64,000 nt of DNA from Octopus sinensis (lineage: Eukaryota). The position numbers and the translations under genes were made by a program. Within the stretch, counting starts at the first letter, position 1. Every line of letters begins with the position of its first letter. The stretch spans positions 56,184,464 to 56,248,463 of the forward strand of contig NC_043011.1 of NCBI RefSeq assembly GCF_006345805.1, read 5' to 3'. The notes below the pieces were generated by a model. That model saw only the letters and a list, made by a program, of their open reading frames with translations. It made no database searches and was not told the DNA's origin. Below are positions 63,660 through 64,000 of the stretch, piece by piece.

Positions 63660-64000
63660 CCTCTTTTCTAACACCTCTACCTCACCCGTCACCCTTTTTT
63701 TCACCTGTATTCTAATCCCTCCCTCACCTTCTTTTTCACCTCTATTCCAACACCTCACCCTTTTCACCTCTATTCTAATCCATTCCTCACCTTCTTTTTC
63801 ACCCCTATTCCAACATCCCACCCCTCACCCTTTTCACCTGTATTCTAACACCCTCTCACTTTCTTTTTCACCTCTATTCCAACACCCCACTCCCTCACCC
63901 CTTTCACCTCTATTCTAATCCCTCTATCACCTTCTTTTTCACCTCTATTCCAACACCCCACCCCTCACCCTTTTCATCACTATTCCGACATCCCACCCCT
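63660..64000. repeat. C/T-rich minisatellite (~30-35 bp unit CACCTCTATTCCAACACCCCACCCCTCACCCTTTT)
   Basis: Tandem imperfect repeats running to the window end. Confidence 0.9.

Overview
Repeat-rich, AT-rich eukaryotic DNA. The SINE families, microsatellites and 5S sequence suggest an octopod cephalopod (Octopus sp.; inference). Most ORF-track entries are microsatellite or SINE artefacts. The one supported host gene is the 5' part of a SECISBP2/SECISBP2L (SECIS-binding protein 2 family) gene on the + strand: 8 coding exons from 44612 to 63637 with consistent splice phases, running off the window before the SID/L7Ae domains. The rest is RTE and R4/Dong-type LINE fragments, an internally deleted Ty3/Gypsy LTR element (gag plus integrase only), Tc1/mariner remnants, 8-bp-TSD MITEs, several SINE families, a 5S rRNA pseudogene and an intron-retaining tRNA-Leu(CAA) pseudogene. 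The most notable unexplained structures are hammerhead ribozyme motifs. One lies in a ~260-nt, highly structured, direct-repeat-flanked retrozyme-like insert in the sense strand of SECISBP2L intron 4 (57302-57558). A second has an unusually long stem II and lies inside a ~940-bp palindrome of Penelope-like architecture (25390-26329). Repeat boundaries are read by eye and approximate unless a TSD or terminus is cited.
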